Shown in pieces: positions 38,501 to 53,289 of a stretch of 64,000 nt of DNA. The DNA is from Lingula anatina (Eukaryota; Animalia; Brachiopoda). The DNA is taken from NCBI GenBank assembly GCA_051362555.1, contig CM120646.1:11904001-11968000 (forward strand), read 5' to 3'. The notes beneath the pieces were generated by a model, which saw only the letters and a list, made by a program, of their open reading frames with translations, did no database searches and was not told the DNA's origin. A program made the position numbers and the translations under genes. Each line of letters starts with the position of its first letter. Position 1 is the first letter of the stretch.

Positions 38501-39904
38501 TGCCCAGTGACCTAGGGCATTTGGTAATGACCATGGGCTCTCTCCATTTCCGCCAGAAGCAGGTGTTTTTGTGATAAAAGATTACACATATCAGCTGCTT
38601 GAAACATGTTTTGCCCCATTTTCTGTTACCAGAAATACTTTTGTATGATGGTTTTACCTACCTTTTTAGTAAAGACACCCCCCCCCCCCCCCCCCCGGTT
38701 CCAGCAGGATTTTCTATCATATGACAGTCTACTTTTAGATAACAATTATTACATCTAGTTTTTTTATATAAATATTGATATAAAACAGAAGCTCTGAATC
38801 AAATCTTCATTTGTTGATGGCTTTCATATGTTGTAAATTACAAACTGTTTAGGTTTTTTTTTTTCAATAACCAATTTTATTTGCCAAAAATCAGAAAAGA
38901 ATATCTTCAACTGTGTTATGTAAAAATAATAAAGTAGTAATATATTCTTAAATCAACAGCTATCAAAGTATTGGAGGTGAACATTTTTAATATTAGTTAT
39001 TGATTGAGGACAAAATTACAACTTTATTTTGCTAGAATGTTTAAAAACATTTTAAAATTGCAGTTTCCATAGACTTAGAGATTGGCTTTGATATTTGAAA
39101 AAGGTGGAGATCATAAATATAACGTAAGATCAATTATCTGGATGAAAAACAATTCCACTGTGCAGCTTTTGCTATATTTTTTTAAAAGTGACAAAGTATC
39201 GAAACAGCCATTTTAGCCTAAGGTTATTTTGATATCCTTTCCCCACATTAATTTTATTGTTGTAATAAAAACTTTTTTACTGAAAAGCATTGGCTAATGG
39301 GTTTTCTCCATTTTATTTCCCATGATTATTGTTCTGATTCTATTTTTTCTCACACGACATCCCCACAGGAAAATATCGATATAAATTATGAAAAAGTTAT
39401 TTTTTAATAAATCCTCAGTATTAAAATGCTTTCAGAGGGTCATTTGGCTTAATTGTGTTCCATATTTAAAACAAACAATTTGGTACACTGTTTCCTTAAT
39501 ATGAAATGAGAGATAAAGGTACAGAATATGTTTGTGTGAAGTTCTTGCCATATTAACAGTCTCAAGAATAAGCTGTACAAAGTTTTGTTTGCTGTTATAT
39601 TCTTTTCATTCTGATTGAACATTATAGATGTAGGCCACTTTCACAACCAGTTGTCCTGTGGACCAACTAGTCCGTGGATCAAATATCGCCTTACCTACTT
39701 GAAAGCGTGCTAAGATTTAAAAGACAATATTGGATGAAAAAAAAAAAACAAATTGGTAAATATATTCAGAGATATTTATGGATGCGTAATTTGAATCTTC
39801 TTCCCTTGCCACTGTAAGCCATGTGACAAAAAAAAAGAAGCTTATAAAAATTGTTGATTTATACACATGTATGGGGTTCATTCTTCTTGGGAAGGGGGGG
39901 GATG

Positions 39905-40174
39905 CAGGGGCAGATCCAGGATTATTTGAAGGGGGGGGGGGGTCCAGTTTTTTAAGAATGACAGGCCTCGAATGAGAAGTTGACCTTTACCCCTTAGTGT
40001 GGGGTTCGGTGTTTTTGAGGGCAAACGGTGTCATTTGGTGCAGTTAAGAACTAAGATTCAGCTCTTCAAAAGCCTAATAGCAAGAGGGGAAAATTGTTGT
40101 GACTTTTGCCAGAAACCAAAGGGGGTGGGGGGGGGGGCAGGACCCCCCTGACACCCTCCCTAAATCTGCCACTG
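39905..40174. mobile_element. Degenerate MITE (CAGGGGCAGATCCAGG-type TIRs)
   Basis: CAGGGGCAGATCCAGG ... CCTAAATCTGCCACTG imperfect TIRs with subterminal G/C tracts. Confidence 0.7.
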
Positions 40175-40493
40175 GGGTTGTCAGTGGATGGGACTGACAG
40201 GTGAAAATCTGCACATTATGGGATTAATAATATTGCAACCCTGATAGCTTTTTAGTATGCAATTATTCTTTTGCATATGTTACAGCATTTTTATTTCCTC
40301 TCATACCCAAAGCATACATGCTGTATACATTTTTCATCAATAAGTAAACATATTTACTTTCTCATCTCTCATTTTTCCTGTACAAAAGGTCTGCTAACCT
40401 AGGAATAGGACAATTTTAGAATGCAAAGCATTCAATCTGCATCATCACAATACATGATGAATGTTATTAATATGTCTTAGGTTTTAATATCCG

Positions 40494-40760
40494 AGGGCTC
40501 AAACCCAATGAAATTATTGTTCTATGTAGATCAATCCAGCTCTGCAGGGACTCTTGCTGAATGCAATCATATATTTATTTAACAGACTAACACGCCTCTT
40601 CTTGTTTCCTACATACTCATATAAGCACCAGTTTTTTTCTATAATCTACTCAATGTCAGGAGGAGGTGTGTTAATCTGTTAATTTGATTGCATTCAGCAA
40701 GAGTTCCCACAGAGCTTGATGGATCTATGTAGAACAGTGGTTTCATTGGGAATGGACCCT
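40494..40760. mobile_element. Foldback MITE / long imperfect inverted repeat (~110-bp arms)
   Basis: Left arm CCCAATGAAA..GTTCTA..ACTCTTGCTGAATGCAATCA..TTAACAGA is mirrored by TCTGTTAA..TGATTGCATTCAGCAAGAGT..TAGAAC..TTTCATTGGG. Confidence 0.85.
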
Positions 40761-41762
40761 TAGGGGAACTGCCACCCAAGTCTCCAAACAGAGAAACCTC
40801 ATCCTTAGATCTAACATCTAAATATATTGTTTGACAATCAATAATATGTGAGTCATACTTCTGGTCTGAAAAAGTATTTTTATAATCTTCATTTCAAAAT
40901 CTGTCTGGTTAAAATAATGATATTTAGGTAAAATTCTTATGAAGAAAATTGACAGAATGCAAACAAGCCTATCTTGTCCATATTTATAAGATTACTCAAT
41001 GGCAGTTTCTTGTCAGCCCTTTTCCCTTTCATCTTACCTTTCATATTTCCTCCTTATTTCCTGAATTGTGGATGATTTGGTAGGCTATTGATTTCTTTCA
41101 ATAGCCTCATCTAAATCATTGACTCAGATCCCTCTTTTTCCTTTCAGTTCTTTTGATCTGCCAATGGAATTCCTGCCCTCTTCCTTTTCCATATTTCATA
41201 CTGTCTCTTACTTTTCATGCTTTAAAATGCATCTGAGATGAAAAAATTAGTCACTTGGTCAATTACGTAAAAATGGCAATATTTTCCGTCATATCTTATT
41301 TTTGCTTTTCATGTTAAAAAAAACTCAGGGCTAAAATTTTAGATACATGTATCTGGTCAATATACATTATGGTACAGTGCATGATTTTATGTTCCATACC
41401 ATTTATTTGCTTTAGGTACATAACAAATAAAAAGCTGTTGGAGGACAACCTTTACATATTAACTTTATTGCATTTTCATAAGTACTGATTTCATCCAGCA
41501 TTTTTTTCCATTTATTTATTTATTTTGGATTTGAGCCCATAATTGTTTTTAACATAACATTGCACCAGATATACAAATAGCTTTTCTATCCATAAAACAT
41601 CCTTGCATTCTGAGAGACTAAAAGTATCCAATGAATATAGCTGTTTCAAAATGAAGTGACATTAAAACACAATGGAGCTGTTCTTCTCTTTCTTCGTCAT
41701 TTATTGTTATTTATGTGGTCAATTGGAATAACAATGATGTAAGGGATATTCTCAGCCTGTTA

Positions 41763-41977
41763 CACCCCATTTCCATAGATTAGATCGACCTACTTTAGAT
41801 CGACCTAACTCCCTGGGGGTTCACGCTAAATAGCTGTCAGCTGGGCGGACACGAAAGTTTATTACCCTCTTACAGCTTGTAGTAGGCGGGACGGACATTT
41901 AAGTCGGATTATCTGAAAGTAATCTAGTGAGACTCCCCGCGGGGATAGATCGATCTAAAATCTATGGGAATAGAGCC
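41763..41977. mobile_element. Short CpG-rich MITE
   Basis: TTCCATAGATTAGATCGACCTA ... TAGATCGATCTAAAATCTATGGGAA imperfect TIRs; interior is CpG-rich relative to the flanks. Confidence 0.7.
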
Positions 41978-42439
41978 TTAAATCTGTTAAGTACTGTCCA
42001 CCACTCACTGACCACATGTGTTCACTATCATAAACACTGGTAATGCTGGTCAACCCAATTATCACGTCTTCATACAACATTGCCTTTCTGTGCCTATCAT
42101 GCTGACAGTAGATTACCTGTATGTGTGTATTTCTTAAGCTAATTTGTGAGCACACGAATACACCTACACACATGTGATGTCTTTCCAGGCATATGTGAAC
42201 ATGCATATACATACACAAGTTACATGGCAGAAATGTGATAGAAATGCCACAAATATGATTTTTTTAAATGTAATTTCAAGAAAAATGAAGAAAATCAAAA
42301 CACAGAAACTATATGGGAGATTGAAAGGGGATTGAGAGGGGGATAGTTTGCCTGACAGATCAGAAGAAATTGACTCACAAATATGTACATAATGACATGT
42401 GCATATACACATACCTGTATGAGCTCATGCATGTTTGTG

Positions 42440-42470
<31 letters not shown>

Positions 42471-42488
42471 ACACATACACACACACAC
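42440..42488. repeat. (CA)n microsatellite
   Basis: Direct read. Confidence 0.9.
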
Positions 42489-45400
42489 AGCAGTGATGCA
42501 TGAATATAGCCATTCAGATACACATACAGACACATACATTTACTTTATCTTTGTCAAATCTGTATTTTTTTTTCCTCAAAAACTCCCAGACTCTCATCTG
42601 TTTGAGTGTTTTATTTAGCTATGCAATTTTAATAAAATATAGTTAATATAAAGTGTCCACCTTGATTTTAATGAAAATAGGAGTCAGGTGAACAGTTTCA
42701 GACCAAATTTATAATGTAGCCATTGCAGTTAATTTCAGATGTGCTGTAACAGACATTTTCATTATTAAAGAAACCATCGCAATTATGGCTAGTCTGGTTA
42801 TAAACATATTAAGGCTTTATTACTAATGATGAAATAATGAAGATGTCTTGTCATTATTCAAGGCAGATTGGCCTGTTGTTATGGCAACACATGTTAAGAC
42901 GGTTAAGGATGTCAAAGTTTGATGTACGCCTCTCTTTAAACCGCGTAACAGTGTGCGGGTAGTGTAATTACATGTGTAGGCCAGTTTGGAAAGACAGGAC
43001 ATTTGATGATGATGAACAGCATAGAAAGTCCTCTGAGATGTAATTGTTAAAATTGATTTAACATTTTGCTGCAGTTTTACTGAATTAAGGAAACTGGATT
43101 AACTCCTAAATGCGAAACTGATGACAAATATTTTTTTCTAATTTAAAGATTAAATGAATATTTTAATTTCATCCCAATACCTATGGTACTGACAAGTATT
43201 AAATGATAGAAAAAAAGATATATTTCATTTTCCAACTTGTATTCAGTTTCAGTTCATTAAGATCAATTTAATTCCAGTAGGATTTTCAGTGACTTACAAA
43301 AAAACAAAATGGAATGAAATTAATCATAGACAAAGAAAGTTTTGTTTACTTCAACAAAGAAACAAAACAGAGTTTTATTTTGGTATAATAATCATTATCT
43401 CTTGAAAACTAACATCTATTTTTCTAAAAGAAGAAAAGAATTGATGATGCACACTGTCCTTATTAGTTTTATTATTTTAAATTGTCCCAATTCTGATTCT
43501 GTGAATAGAGACAGAAACAACAGCAATTACTAATAACTGTATAGAATAAGTTAATGATAAGTTAATGATGCTATCACCATTATGTTATCTATGTAACATA
43601 ATGATTTTTATGTTGAACTCCACCAGACTTCAATTCAACAGAGGTGCAAGCGACACATGTGAGCAGGTTTGATCACTTTTTCATATTTTTTAAAAATAAA
43701 TTTGTGAAAGTCCTGAAAGTACACAGCCCAACTTGTAATCAGATCCTGGAAATGTTAGATGTATACAGTGTCATGTATAATTAGCATTTTCAGCACTAAT
43801 GCCTTAATATTCAATAAATGAATATAAAAAATTGGGCTTTTGTAAAAAATAAAGTTTTTTATAGCCACAAAGTGAATTTTGAGATAGTGGAACCATAAGT
43901 AACTAGATTTTCTGAGAACCTTGCCATTACTGCTCTCATTGAAGTTCAAATTTGTCAGCTTTGAGATGAGAAAACTTTGTCTGAAAAATGATGTTCTCTC
44001 CACAAATGATAAAATTTTAGACGGCTATTGCCTTCTTGACAATGACGTAAACTTTGTGGTTTCACTTCAGTTGAAATGTGATGCCATGCAGGGACTGAAA
44101 ATGTAATTGTTTGGATTGATCTGAATATATTTTGTAACTCTTATGTAAAATTTCATTTCAGATTTAAAGAAAATGCTGTTCTGTATGGTTAAAAACACAA
44201 AGGGTTATTGTTCTTTTTAAAATAATAAACTTTCAAATTTCTCATATAAATGGAAATTCATAAACTTGTTAAGCAATAAGAATTTGAGTAAAATTTTTTG
44301 GTTTGCTTTTGGTTTTGTATGTATTTGCCCTACATATCAAACCAAAAGTATTCATAATCATTCTAACACGTGTTTTTTGTTCCCTGTAACATCATTGTAG
44401 CAGCTTGTTCACATGCTTTTTAATAGATGTGCCTTTTTGTCCATAACTGTATTTTGATTAATCACCACACTGTATATCTGAGGGATTCACATAATAGAAA
44501 TGGTCACTGTTGTCATTTATTATCCATTTGGATAATGTGGAGACAAGCACCATGACCTATGTCACTTGAATGCTCTACCAAATGCATGGTATATTTTTTT
44601 TTATATTGTATTTTAGGAATCAGCACATTGATCAGCATATGCATATTTGTTATTATTCATTTTCATGCCTGTCTTGAACCTTGAGGTGTCGATTGCAATT
44701 TGGTTGTTGTTTGTTTTTACAGTTTGTGTTTTTACAGCCTTTGTGTTAAAATAAAAATGTTGCTATTTGCCCCCCCCCCCCCCTTCTCTTTCTCCAATCT
44801 CACTTAATTTCCAGGTTTGTATACATATGAACTTTAAACAAATTTAACTTTGCTTAGCCATTTTGTCCTTTATATGACTTACTTTGCTGGACAATTATGA
44901 AACCAATTGGCTTAAACAAAAGTAAATCAAAGCAATAATGTCAGTGTTATTTTTTTCAAACACACCTAATTTTGTTTTATTTGAAGCTATAATGCTAGAA
45001 AATGTTGACGGAATAAACCAGATTAGAAATAATACTGAAGATGATAAGGGGGAATTTAACCAGTTTAAGCCCACAATAAGACTAATATGTAATAGGGAGC
45101 TACATAATTGGTTGTTTGAAAAGGGTTGAATTAATCGTAATGAATGGAAATGAGGAAATCAGAGGAAAGAGGAAGCACAACGGGTGAAAAAGGGGTCAAA
45201 ACATATGTTCAGTGATTAGAGAATTAGAAAGAAAATCAAATGTTTATTGTTAGATCTGTTTGTGAAATTGATATCTCATCAATGCTGTTAGCAAGCTAAT
45301 TGAACAATTTTGGCAATTTGACACAAGTTATGTTGTTTCTATTTTTGACAAAAACAATAATGTTAAAAGATTTTTAGGGTGCATGGTGAATCAAAAAAAA

Positions 45401-48400
45401 AAATATTCTTGATGACAAAAGGCATGTTATTAACCATTAGAAAATATTTTACAATGTAGATAAAAGAGAAAGTTAAAAAGAAGAATTTAAGAAAAAAAAC
45501 TTTTATTGTACCAGTTGAACCACGTACTAGTACTGTATGTACCTTTACCACTATGACAAAACACTGCATTTCACCTATTATGGCTTAGCTACACACTCTT
45601 TGTCAGTGCCGAATGTTACATATAATTTCATTCATTTTGATTTATGTAGGTAAAAAATAAGTCATCCATAATTTCAAGTTTACCACATATTTGGAACTCA
45701 AAAGACAGAATGGACAGGTATTGTGCCTTTGACATTTAAACATGGCAATTTATGTATTAGGGGCACTAGGGTAAAAGGGGTGTACAGGAAAGGGGGGCAC
45801 CAGGTCAGTCGCCAACCAGAAATTTTTGAAAAAAAAATTAAGGGGATTTTTAAATAAGTATTTACCTTAACCTTTCTCCCAGTCCATATATATATATATA
45901 TCTATCTTTTACCTTCAAGCAGGTTGAACGCAAGTACCACTGGCGGTACAAATGACTGGTTTGCATGTATTGTAGGTTCGACAGCTGCCCCCTAGCATTT
46001 TTTCCACCCACGGATCTGTTTACATATTTAAAGCAATAATGTAGAAAAAAATGTAAGTTGACTAGGTAAATGTAGAACATATAATGTGCGCTTTTCCAAT
46101 TTCTTTTTTCATAGATGATTTTCTGATTAGACCATGATATTAATTAATTATCTCTCTTTAAGTCCAGAACACTTAAGTTTAGTAGTGATGGGGATTATAA
46201 ATTTCAGGGACCTTACTGCAAAATTGTAATTGACAAGCACTGAAATTCTGCCTCAGTGTCTAAACACCGGGCACCCTACCCTACATGTACACCATTGTGA
46301 TTAGTGAACAAGAGAGAGGCATTCTAATCTCTCTGTGCTACTGCATTAAGGTTTTGAACAGTTTTCAAGTCTTTTGCAGAGTTAGGTATAACTGTATTAT
46401 ATATAAGGTGGGCCATTCCAGCCAGACTGGGAACTCGACTGAATCGGCGTGGTCAGTGTTTTAGTGCAGTTTCACAAGCAAATGAGTGCACCCGGGTCAT
46501 TTCGTCCTGGTCATCTCGTCCTGGTACAGCAATAACATCAAAATGTCACTGCCTGAACAGATGACCACTTGGGTGTGGAATAATAGCCATGGTCATTATA
46601 GAGGTCATAAAAAGTTGGGCTGACCAAAAATTATATGACAGTGTGACTTGTATTTGTATGATAATTACAAGCTGGCAGATTGAAAATAAGTTGGAGCGAT
46701 CTAAACAAAAAAAAATTAAGCATTGGGTCCTTGAGAATAAAATTAGCAAGTAATTTTTTATTCATTATGAGTGAAGACCACTCTGTCTGTCACAAATAAA
46801 AATAAAATCTACATGAAAATGCGAACCTCTCTTTAATTAAACAGTACACAGGTGGCTTGTTAGCACCTGTCATCATTAGCAGTGTATTCAGTGATCACCA
46901 TTCTTCAAATAAAAAGCATCGTGGCCCACAGATTTAATTGTCATGTTCAGCTGATGTCAGCTCAGTAAGCATTTTCGTCCTTTTGAGTGCATTTTGATTG
47001 CATTGAGTTTGCTTTTGTTTCACAGCAGTAATTATATTACCTATTCCTGCTACTGTCAAGGCAGGTTAAATGTGGAGATCAATGCTTTGTCTTTCTGTTT
47101 TTATGTGAAAACCCTTTAGAAAAGTTATAACCCCCTGATGGATACCAAATAATTGAGGTTAAATATATAATTTTATGTTTTTTGCTGAATATAAAATAAA
47201 ACCCAAGACAGTTTTGTTTTGTTGTCCTTTTTTTATAGCTACACAATAGATTGGTGATTATGTTGGGAAAAACAACAACAAAGGTGTCTGAGAAGACACT
47301 GAATAATCTTTCTTGCTGATATTATTTGTCAGAATCTAATAAGAAATAATCTATAAATTGCATACATGTATTTTCATCTGGACACAGAAACTTTGTAAAC
47401 TGATTTTGTGAGTTTGTGAGTCCAAGATAGACTTTTAACTACTGTAATATAAATTTCCATTGGGTACAGTATAGTACTTTCACATTTCTGCCCCCCCCCT
47501 CCCCTGTCAATTCAATGCATATTTTATACATACTTTGGTTATCAGAAGAACATCTGATACATCAGATACATGACCTTAGTTGTAACTGATACCCTTTCAC
47601 CCCCCCCCACCCCCATTGACTTGTTTATCTTACCCTCCCCCCCCCCCCCATTAACTTGTTTATCTGCCAGTGAACTACCCCTTACTACATGAGTATGTAT
47701 ACCAAGATCAACAACAAATCAAATTAAATATTATAATATATGAATTATATGAATTAGATTAAATATTATAATAATGAAATGAAATCAATATTAAATTTTT
47801 TTCACCAAAAAAATCCAATAGCAGTGATTGAAGGAATGTGTACAACTTATCAGAGACCTTTATTCACATAAAATTGATTACTGATAATTTATCTAAAATA
47901 AAAAATTAAAAAAATATGAGGCGTTTTAATTTATGTAGAAAGTGCTTAATATGATTATATTTTAGATAGCAATCATCCATCAACCCCTGCTAATGCCTTG
48001 TCACTCACTTACATATAATCATTATCAAATTTATGCACTTGGCCTTATGCCACATATATTGTAATGAGACCCTGTGCAAATAGGAAGGTTTGATATCAGG
48101 GTGACCATCTAAAACTCTCATCTGTCACTCAATTATATATTGTCTCATGTGATGCCATAAAAGGTTCGTTGAATAATATTTATAATAATATTTTATGTCT
48201 GCCTCCAGTTTTCATGGACATTGGTTTGTTTGCCAGAGGGCATGATATTAGGAATATCTCTAAATTTATTTGTTTATTTATTATTTATTTATTTGTTTGC
48301 ATTGTGGTAAACTAGTGTGCTATTATAATGGCTACTTAGGTGACTTAGCAAAATATTGGGTGCAGAATAAGAATAATGCCAATCGTATTAAAAAGAACTT

Positions 48401-49126
48401 TAAAGACTAATTACCTTGTTTTGTAATGAAGTACAACTAACAACATTCCTTATGTGGCTTTCCCTTTCACCAACTCCCCCCCCCCCCCCTCCAATTCCAT
48501 CCCCCTCCACCTATTAGAACCCTAAACCTTAAACCCACTTAAGCGACACAGTGACACTGCATTAAAATACTGGTATAAATATATACATCAGGTAAACTCA
48601 GGATTACCATCTGCTGGACCTGACAGTGGCGACTTGAGAGTTGTTATACATAGAAAATGTGACCTCTTATCTATATAGATGTCCACTCAAATTGTGAAGT
48701 TTATTTCAGCTTAAGGTCAAGGGGGACATTGTTAAATTGAAAGAAACTATTGTTACACAGGATTTGGCATGTCATCCATTGATTGATAATGGGCTCCGAG
48801 GGTTCCCCTTTCAGAAAAGAACTCAAGTCAGATAGTGGTCTTTGATACTGAAACTTTTTGTTCACCTTCAAGTGGGATAAGTCTTCAGCTTAAATGAATA
48901 TGCTAATGGACTATTTAACAAAAAGTATGAAATGGTTATATGAAATGGAATATACAATGGTTTGATAAAGAACTGAAGTAGCCCAAATATTTGGTCCCTA
49001 ATAAGTTCAGACCAGTTTTGTGAAACAGACCTCCTGTTCTCAAATTACTTGGTGGTTACTGTAATACATGTGTTGAACTGCTTTCCAGTCTGAAGTTGAC
49101 CAAGTGTGAACAGAAGATGGTGTTAA

Positions 49127-49386
49127 AGCCCCCTTTACATTGGATGACATCCTTTCTGCATCCTGTAGAAAGGATGCAGAAAGGATGTCATCCTTTCTGC
49201 ATCCTGTAGTACGCCCCCATTTGAGAGTAAAAAAATTATACTTTAAGTGGCAACAACTGACCGATCATCGAGCATTCATTCTGCAACCAAAGCAATTCTT
49301 GTGCCTCCTTTCTATGACCACAGCGATGCCAGTTTCTTGTTCACCCAAAGGATGCAGAAAGGATGCTGTCCAGTTTAAAGGTGGTT
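49127..49386. mobile_element. PIF/Harbinger-like MITE with internal hairpin
   Basis: TAA-AGCCCCCTTTACATTGGATGACATCCTTTCTGCATCCT ... AGGATGCAGAAAGGATGCTGTCCAGTTTAAAGGTGGTT; subterminal motif repeated in both orientations. Confidence 0.75.
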
Positions 49387-50124
49387 TTGAATAAAAACAA
49401 GGGGCAGGGAAATCATTATGCTGTCAACTTTCCTTTCATTCCTTCTGACCTTTGAATACAGAAGCACACCCTAATCTTCAACAGACCAAAGACATGTAAT
49501 TGGCAGTCCCATTACATTTACTTATGGACAAAACTTTTTTACACTTCATATTTTCTTTATTATTTTCATATTATTGGCTTTTGGATGCGTCCATTTGTGC
49601 TGGTGATGGTTTCCAATTTCATTAAAAAAACTCATCTAAAATATCTATTCATTGAATTTGCATCTATATATAGTTACACAATTTAACCACTTTCACCATT
49701 TTCATAAATATTTTCATGTGCCATCCTGAGCTCTCTTTTTGGCAAGTTCTCTGTGACTCTAATATGAACAAAAATGAATGATACATCTTATGTCCTTTTT
49801 ATTGTTATCTCAATTTTAATGATAATTACATTATTAATTTCTGTTATAGGCACAGTGATAAGCCTGAACTATGCTCACAATTATGCAAGAAAGAAGACAA
49901 TATATGTCTGTGATGTTTAATTTTTGTCAATACTTATTTACATTTTTCTTGATTCAGTTATGTCAATATCAGTTTCTTTCTCTTTGATACCATGTAAAGA
50001 CCCCAGACTATCAACTGTCAGAAATTATGTAACTGAAATGACATATTGTGACAGCGCCTTCATCATTCTTATTTATCCCAGCTGCCTTCATTTTTTTCTT
50101 TAATTTTAGGTCATTTTTACCTGT

Positions 50125-50127
<3 letters not shown>

Positions 50128-50208
<81 letters not shown>
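50128..50208. repeat. poly(A) + (AT)n
   Basis: Direct read. Confidence 0.9.
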
Positions 50209-50217
<9 letters not shown>

Positions 50218-50931
50218 TAAAGGAACAAAAAATTAAATTAAATTATCTTAATTTTTTCTTCAAACTCTCTTCTCATTTTTTGTTTTTTATTATTCTTTCT
50301 CTTCTGCAAATGCTGTCAATATATTTTTCACTATCAGATTAATTCACTTTAATTAGACTAATTGGCCTCTGACTCTAAATTATAATTATATTTTACATCT
50401 CCTCTGCTTTTGTTACTTCCAATTTTTTCCTTTTCTTTTGGACTTATGTTTCCTTGCATTGCTTTTTTTTTTCTTTTTCTTCTCCCCATTCTCTTTTCAA
50501 TCTTTCCTTGTCAAAACCGTTTCCTTACTGGTCTGACAATTACATAATTCATCCAATTTCTGTTTTTTTTTTTTTTTTTTTATGTGCTGTATTCTCTCCA
50601 AAACCCTGTCCTCCTATTATTATTATCCGCCCATTCTTTTTTCATTTTCTCCATTTCATCATTTTTCCCTTTTGCTTTTTTCCTTGTCAAACTCATAATC
50701 TACAGCGTGTTTCCCCGTCTACAATTACGCTATTATCTGATGCTGTTATTCCAATTAGACTGGTCAGTCAGCGCCTTAGTGACGCCAGCCAGTGCTCTCA
50801 GTGGGAAGTACATTTAAGATGACCAGGGGTCACTTCATATACTGACCACTTGACCACTCTCTGGATATAACCCTCTCACACAGGCCTCCTTGTTGGTTTC
50901 TTTATGTTGACCATATCAACTTCAAGGCTAA

Positions 50932-51126
50932 AGCCTAGATTACATTTACACGGGTGCCATGCGTTGAAATTGTCCGTACAAAATTGTAAGGAGGTAAGGG
51001 TTACGCCGAGTATGTCTACAGTACGTGGCTGTAAATCAGTACAATTCGTGCAATTTCGCTGGCCACCGTTCAAAAAGGGTATTACATGCACCGTACGGGT
51101 ATTGCATTTCAAATGTAATCTAGGCT
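50932..51126. mobile_element. PIF/Harbinger-like MITE
   Basis: Perfect TIRs AGCCTAGATTACATTT ... AAATGTAATCTAGGCT with TAA/TTA flanks; CpG-rich interior. Confidence 0.85.
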
Positions 51127-53289
51127 TTACAATGCGTATTTGACCCTTATATAGGAAATCTAAATTTTCTTAGTAATTTAAACAATTTTTTCTCAAGCAA
51201 CAAGGCTTACATTGTCTGAATTAACCTATTCACATAATTACAATCCATGAACTCACTTAAAGTGAATTCTGTGAATTCCAAGCAATTTCCACTCATGATG
51301 GTATAATTAATAAATTTAGACCTAGGAAAGAAGCTTGTGTGTCTTGATTTTCTTAACAATAGTCTTTATTGGGTATACATTGATGATAAAGAGAATTTTA
51401 TTTTATTTTATTATTATTATTATTATTATTTTTTTTTTTGCTCTATGAAGGTACACAATGTATTAATACAGCATTAATACCACAAAAAGACTTGCTGTTG
51501 CTGATGGCATATAAAAGTAGTTGATAGAGTATGGAAATAATTCAAATAATTGATAACAACTCACATGCATCATTTAAAGCAGATTAATCAAATATTCAAA
51601 AGTGATTATCCCATAGCATTATCATTTTCACCTGTATATTAATCATGCTTGGGTTGCTTTAGACAGCTGGGAAAATGCCAAATGGCTGATTCAAATTTTT
51701 TTCTTTCTTTTTTCACGAATCTGACAGAATTTTATTAAAAGTATTTTCTTTGGTATCTTAAGCTTAACACATTATTCTAATAACATATAAACTTTTTACA
51801 GATTTTTTTGTTTTTTTTTACACCATTTACCAATTTCTCTCTTTCTACTAATCTTTCAAACACATCAAAAGTAGAAGTCTGTGGACAGTTAAATGTTCCC
51901 AAAAGGTATTTAATATAGACAAAACTCATAAAACAAAATAGACAAAAACTCAAAATCCTACTTACAAAATGGTTGATGTTCAATATCTCTCCACTTCACA
52001 ATATGGATGACTGAAGTGAATCAGAATTTTTTTTTTCTTTTTTAAGTTATTCACTCATTTATTTATTTTTTAATATTTTTTTCATTTATTCAGTTTTTTT
52101 AAATTTTGTTTTGTCATAAGCAAGCATCTGTTAGAAGAGGGTAAGCCAATCATTTGCGTGCACTTTTTGTTGAAGTTGGTCCAGAAAACAGATCTTTCTG
52201 CGAACTAATTATGACAGCAGCTATGTGCCCGAAATGCATGATGCTTTGATGTTTGGGTTACGCAATATGGTCGGGCTACTTTTTATGACATGAGAGAGAC
52301 CATCTCACTTTTTATTTCCTTTTTTGTCCCCATCACAGTAGAAAGAGAAAGAAAAAACATCTTTGTCAATGATGAAAGGCAATATTGTAATTCAGAAGTC
52401 CAGGGAGATTGCCTGGATAAATATGGGAGTCTCTTTGTCTCAAGAACTAACAAATGAATCCCAAGATTCCCCTCCCCCCCCCCCCTCCCCTCTCCCTTGC
52501 ACCCAATTTTAATATCTTAGTAATACATGCTAAATGTTCTCCTGGTTAACGTTTAAAATATTCTTTATTTACTGTTTAGAAGGCAAATTAATTCAGAAAA
52601 TGTTTTTTTTTTTTTTTTTGTTCTCAAGTCAACCCACAATTTTATTGTGAGAGGGCTCTCTCCCCCCTCCCCCCTGTACTTTTTATAGGGGCATGGTCCA
52701 CTAGAATTTAATTTTCAAGATTTTGAACCAATTTAATTGTTTTTGCAGATTTTGATTAACTACGGCTTGGCATGGTGACTATATTCAGAAAAAAAATCTG
52801 GTAGAATTGCAAATGAAGAGCTTCCACAGATGGGCCATCTCTGTGACATAACAAAGTACCTTTGAATGCCTGATGATCAATAGGAGATGAGTTTTTCCTA
52901 TGAAAAATGTGGCAAGGGGCTATTTGATATGCTTGAAGGCTAGTTCTGTTTTATGCATTCTGTTAGATTGTAAATAGGGGTCATCAAGTGTAAAGACCTT
53001 CCATCTGGATTTTCTACACAGTTGTGGAATGAATAAATGCATATTTGAAAGGAGAAATAGAAAGATTTTTTTCCAATTTTTGAGCATTTGACAGAATGAA
53101 GAGGTTTGGTGAATGATTTGGTGAATTTGCACATTGGATAGACATTGGTGGCTTTCTCTTTCAGATTTTAATTTTTTTTCAGATTCTCTTAAAATAACTG
53201 ATGGAAGAGATAGGTAGGGGAGAGAGGGAGGGGGGGAGTTTGGGTAGTTTGCAGCAGGGATATTGTTATATTCCATGGCTTTATTGTTC

